Assembly (NCBI GenBank): GCA_002269645.1
Contig: NIVC01000907.1
Coordinates: 124,001-188,000, forward strand
Length of the DNA: 64,000 bases
Source: Macrostomum lignano
Lineage: Eukaryota
Reading direction: 5' to 3'
Part shown: positions 60,288 through 64,000 of the stretch, one piece after another
How positions within the stretch are numbered: the stretch's first letter is position 1
Layout: each line of letters starts with the position of its first letter
Translations under genes and position numbers: made by a program
Notes under the pieces: generated by a model
What the model was told of the DNA's origin: nothing
The model's database searches: none
What the model saw: the letters and a program-made list of their open reading frames with translations, nothing else

Positions 60288-60606
60288 GGGGCGTAGCCTA
60301 GTGGCTCTCATGTGCCAGCGACCCAGGCTCGATTCCCAGTGCAGTCGCATTAATTTAGCTCTGAATTGGAATCTCGGCTTGGCTCTGCTCGTGCAATTAA
60401 CGTCCTTGAGGGCCAACCCCCAAGGCACAGTGAAGTGTACATGCCTAACGATAAATAAAGTCAGGGCCGCTGTACACTTCTGTGTGAGTGTGTGCCTGTG
60501 CGTATGACTGCGTACGCATCCGCGCGCCTGTGTGTCTGCTCAGGGGAGTCAGTGGAATTCGCAGTAATGCCTCTCAGCGGTTGTGTGACAATGTCGCTTT
60601 AAGTGC
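60288..60606 (+). mobile_element. tRNA-derived SINE (family B), plus-strand copy
   Basis: GGGGCGTAGCCTAGTGG (A box) and GGCTCGATTCC (B box); body matches the reverse complement of 40166-40510 and 61190-61516. Confidence 0.82.
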
Positions 60607-61189
60607 ACACAGCCCCTATCTCTAACTGAAAATTATGTAAGTCTGTAAGCCTGTAACTCGGTAAAGTCCTCAAGCAGTTTTTCCAAGAATCTCACGAGCT
60701 CCGGAGCACTCGGACGAAGGCCAGCTCAGCAGCCTGCAGCTGCTCCGGCCGGCTTCTGGATGGTGCTGCAGCATCTTCTACCTCCCTGTCACAAGTGCTG
60801 GAAGCGGCAGCCCCGAGTCACCTGATTTATACAGCGCCAGCCCTCATTAAAGCTGCCCCGCTGAGGCCATCCCAATGGCCAAAAGTCTTTGAGCTCGTCA
60901 ACTTCAAAAACGAAAAATTTGCCTGCCGGATTTCCGGCACTTTTTTGCGACAGGGAGAAATTGCAAAGACAAAAAATTCTTCTGAAAAGAGGGGGGGCGA
61001 CTTTGTTAGCGGCTGATGCTACTGGAAGTAGGACTCCAGTAGCCGTCTTATATATATTTTTAATTATGTTGGAGAAATTATTCTAGTCTAGCATACTAAG
61101 CAGCTGATATTCTCGTGCACTCAATTACACTCAAGTGCAAGATTATAGTGGCCCTAAAAATCTTTTATTAGAGGCAGGGCGGGCTGTTT

Positions 61190-61516
61190 TGCACCCTGGC
61201 GCACTTTAAGCGACACATTGTCACACAACCGCTGAGAGGCATTACTGCCCATTCCCCTGACTCCCCTGAGCAGACACCTGAGGATACGTACGCAGTCATA
61301 CGCACAGGCACACACTCACACAGGAGTGTACAGAGCCCTGACTTTATTTATCGTTAGGCATGTACACTTCACTGTGCCGGGGGGTTGGCCCTCCAGGACG
61401 TTAATTGCACGAGCAGAGCCAAGCCGAGATTCCAATTCAGAGCCAAATTAATGCGACTGCACTTGGAATCGAGCCTGGGCCGCTGGCACATCAGAGCGCC
61501 GCGCTAAACCACTAAA
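61190..61516 (-). mobile_element. tRNA-derived SINE (family B), minus-strand copy
   Basis: Reverse complement of 60288-60606 over about 310 bp. Confidence 0.82.
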
Positions 61517-62307
61517 ACACCTCACGATGCACCTTAACCATCGGGCTTCCAAGCACCTTGCTAGTCAGATGCGCTCCAGAATGCATCACGGACGGGACAT
61601 GCAAAGCTAATTTTGTTAGAAAGGCCTCGGCTCCGCATTCGCTTCAAACTGATCGACTCTGACAGCAGCTGATGGCGGACGCAACAAGGATTCTGGGCTT
61701 TGGCAGGGGGTCTACTGATCCGATTACCGGGTCCGAGTGAGGATCTCAGGCCAGGATAAGTATCGATACGCGACCGCTGAAGCAGAAAGCTGGCAACTCG
61801 CGCCAACTACGCTAGAGGTCGGTTCTCGCTAAAGAATTCATTAGCGACATGGGAAGTTCTCAGTTTTTTAACACTGAATCTCCAATGTCTCCCCTTCTTG
61901 ACTTCTGAATTCCAAATGAAGCAAACATAGGTTTTGTCAAAGATTTATTCGAAAATTTAGTCAAGAAAATGTTTAACGCCCGTGAAGCCTCTCTACTCGT
62001 AAAATTCGGGGAGAGTAGCTCGCCTTACCAAAAGTAGCGAGCTTTAGCCAGAAAATTGTTTTTCATGTTCGCTCTTTCCTGAATTTTCCTCTCTATCCGG
62101 CTCTCCGGCCTTTTGAAACTTTAAAATAAGCCATTCGGCCCGCTCAAGGTTTGCGTCTCTTCTCAGCTCTCTCCTCTCTTCTCTCCCCTCTTCTCTCTTC
62201 TCTCTCCCCTCTCTTGTCTTATCTTCCATCTCTGCTCTCATCACTTCTCTTGCCTCTCCTCTCTTCTCTTATTCTCAGCCTCATTTCGAATTCGGAAGTC
62301 CAGATAT

Positions 62308-62522
62308 AGAGGGTGAAGATGTGGAGGGTGAAGATGTGGAGGGTGAAGATGTGGAGGGTGAAGATGTGGAGGGTGAAGATGTGGAGGGTAAAGATGCGGA
62401 GGGTGAAGATGTGGAGGGTGAGGATGTGGAGGGTGAAGAAGTGGAGGGTAAAGATATGGAGGGTAAAGATGTGGAGGGTAAAGAAGTGGAGGGTGAAGAC
62501 GTGGAGGGTAAAGATATGGAGG
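62308..62522. repeat. 15-bp minisatellite GAGGGTGAAGATGTG, about 14 copies
   Basis: Visible periodicity. Confidence 0.92.
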
Positions 62523-62624
62523 TTAGAAAAGTGAACGGAAGGTAAAGCAATTCCGCAACAGGTAGGAAGGCCACCAAGGAGAAGCCATTGAGCCTTGAAT
62601 TCCCAGCGCTCACAAGATGCTCAC

Positions 62625-62700
62625 CATCAGATCCGCAGCTCTCAAACACGGCGGGCGGCACCTCAAGCAGCAGGCATCGCTTGTCTCTGTTCTTCGACAT
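62625..62700 (-). CDS. HCN: Candidate first coding exon of HCN (MSKNRDKRCLLLEVPPAVFESCGSD)
   Basis: ATG at 62700, strong donor ATG|GTGAGC in phase 1 matching the phase-1 acceptor at 53815; GC-rich promoter-like sequence at 62790-62930. The exon at 53814 has no upstream ATG of its own. Confidence 0.5.
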
Positions 62701-62970
62701 TTTCTGCCAACTGCTCGTTGTGGGAATTTAAATCTGGAATGGATTCTGGGAGGGATGGATAAAGCTAAATGAAGTAAATCTCTGAGACTCGCAGCCGGAT
62801 TAATACTGAGTCTCCTGAGAGGCTCCCACGGCGCTCCGATCTCTGATTGGCTTCTGGCTGGCAGCAGCCGCCACAGCGGGGGCGCCCCGGCCCGGTCGAC
62901 ACGCCAAATTTCGTGACGGTGAGCGCAAAATTAATTGGCAAGATGAGGCCAGCAGGAATTCGAGAGAGAA

Positions 62971-63891
<921 letters not shown>

Positions 63892-64000
63892 GTATTCCTC
63901 ATCCAAGGAGGCATTTTTAGAAATTCCAAGAAATTCCAAGGAGGCAATAATGATTATAATATATAATCATTATATATAATCATTAATATATTATAATTAT

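Overview
Repeat-rich animal genomic DNA with GC-rich exons, polyQ tracts, short introns and many minisatellites. The style resembles a free-living flatworm such as Macrostomum (inference, not shown by the sequence). Genes reconstructed by hand: a Gab/DOS PH-domain adaptor (minus, 1588-3618); two tandem single-exon TPR-SEL1-TPR-MYND paralogs (minus, 12044-15132 and 22796-25489), only the first carrying an N-terminal Swt1-like HEPN RNase motif (RNRYSH); a single-exon DEG/ENaC channel (plus, 32873-34665); an orphan two-exon gene (minus, 35212-36239); and an HCN channel (minus, 39593 to at least 53814, probably 62700). The HCN gene has three tandem, equal-length (150 nt, phase 0) copies of the S4-S5 linker/S5 exon that look like mutually exclusive exons; two of them lack the conserved gating Arg. 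Mobile DNA: a defective Ngaro/DIRS-like tyrosine-recombinase retrotransposon with a SAP-domain gag, tRNA-derived SINEs, a hAT MITE with a perfect 8-bp TSD, a foldback MITE and a DNA-transposon relic. About 20 tandem arrays generate most of the long ORFs in the supplied track. Five frameshifts in different loci are each repaired by adding one base, which suggests uncorrected long-read errors.
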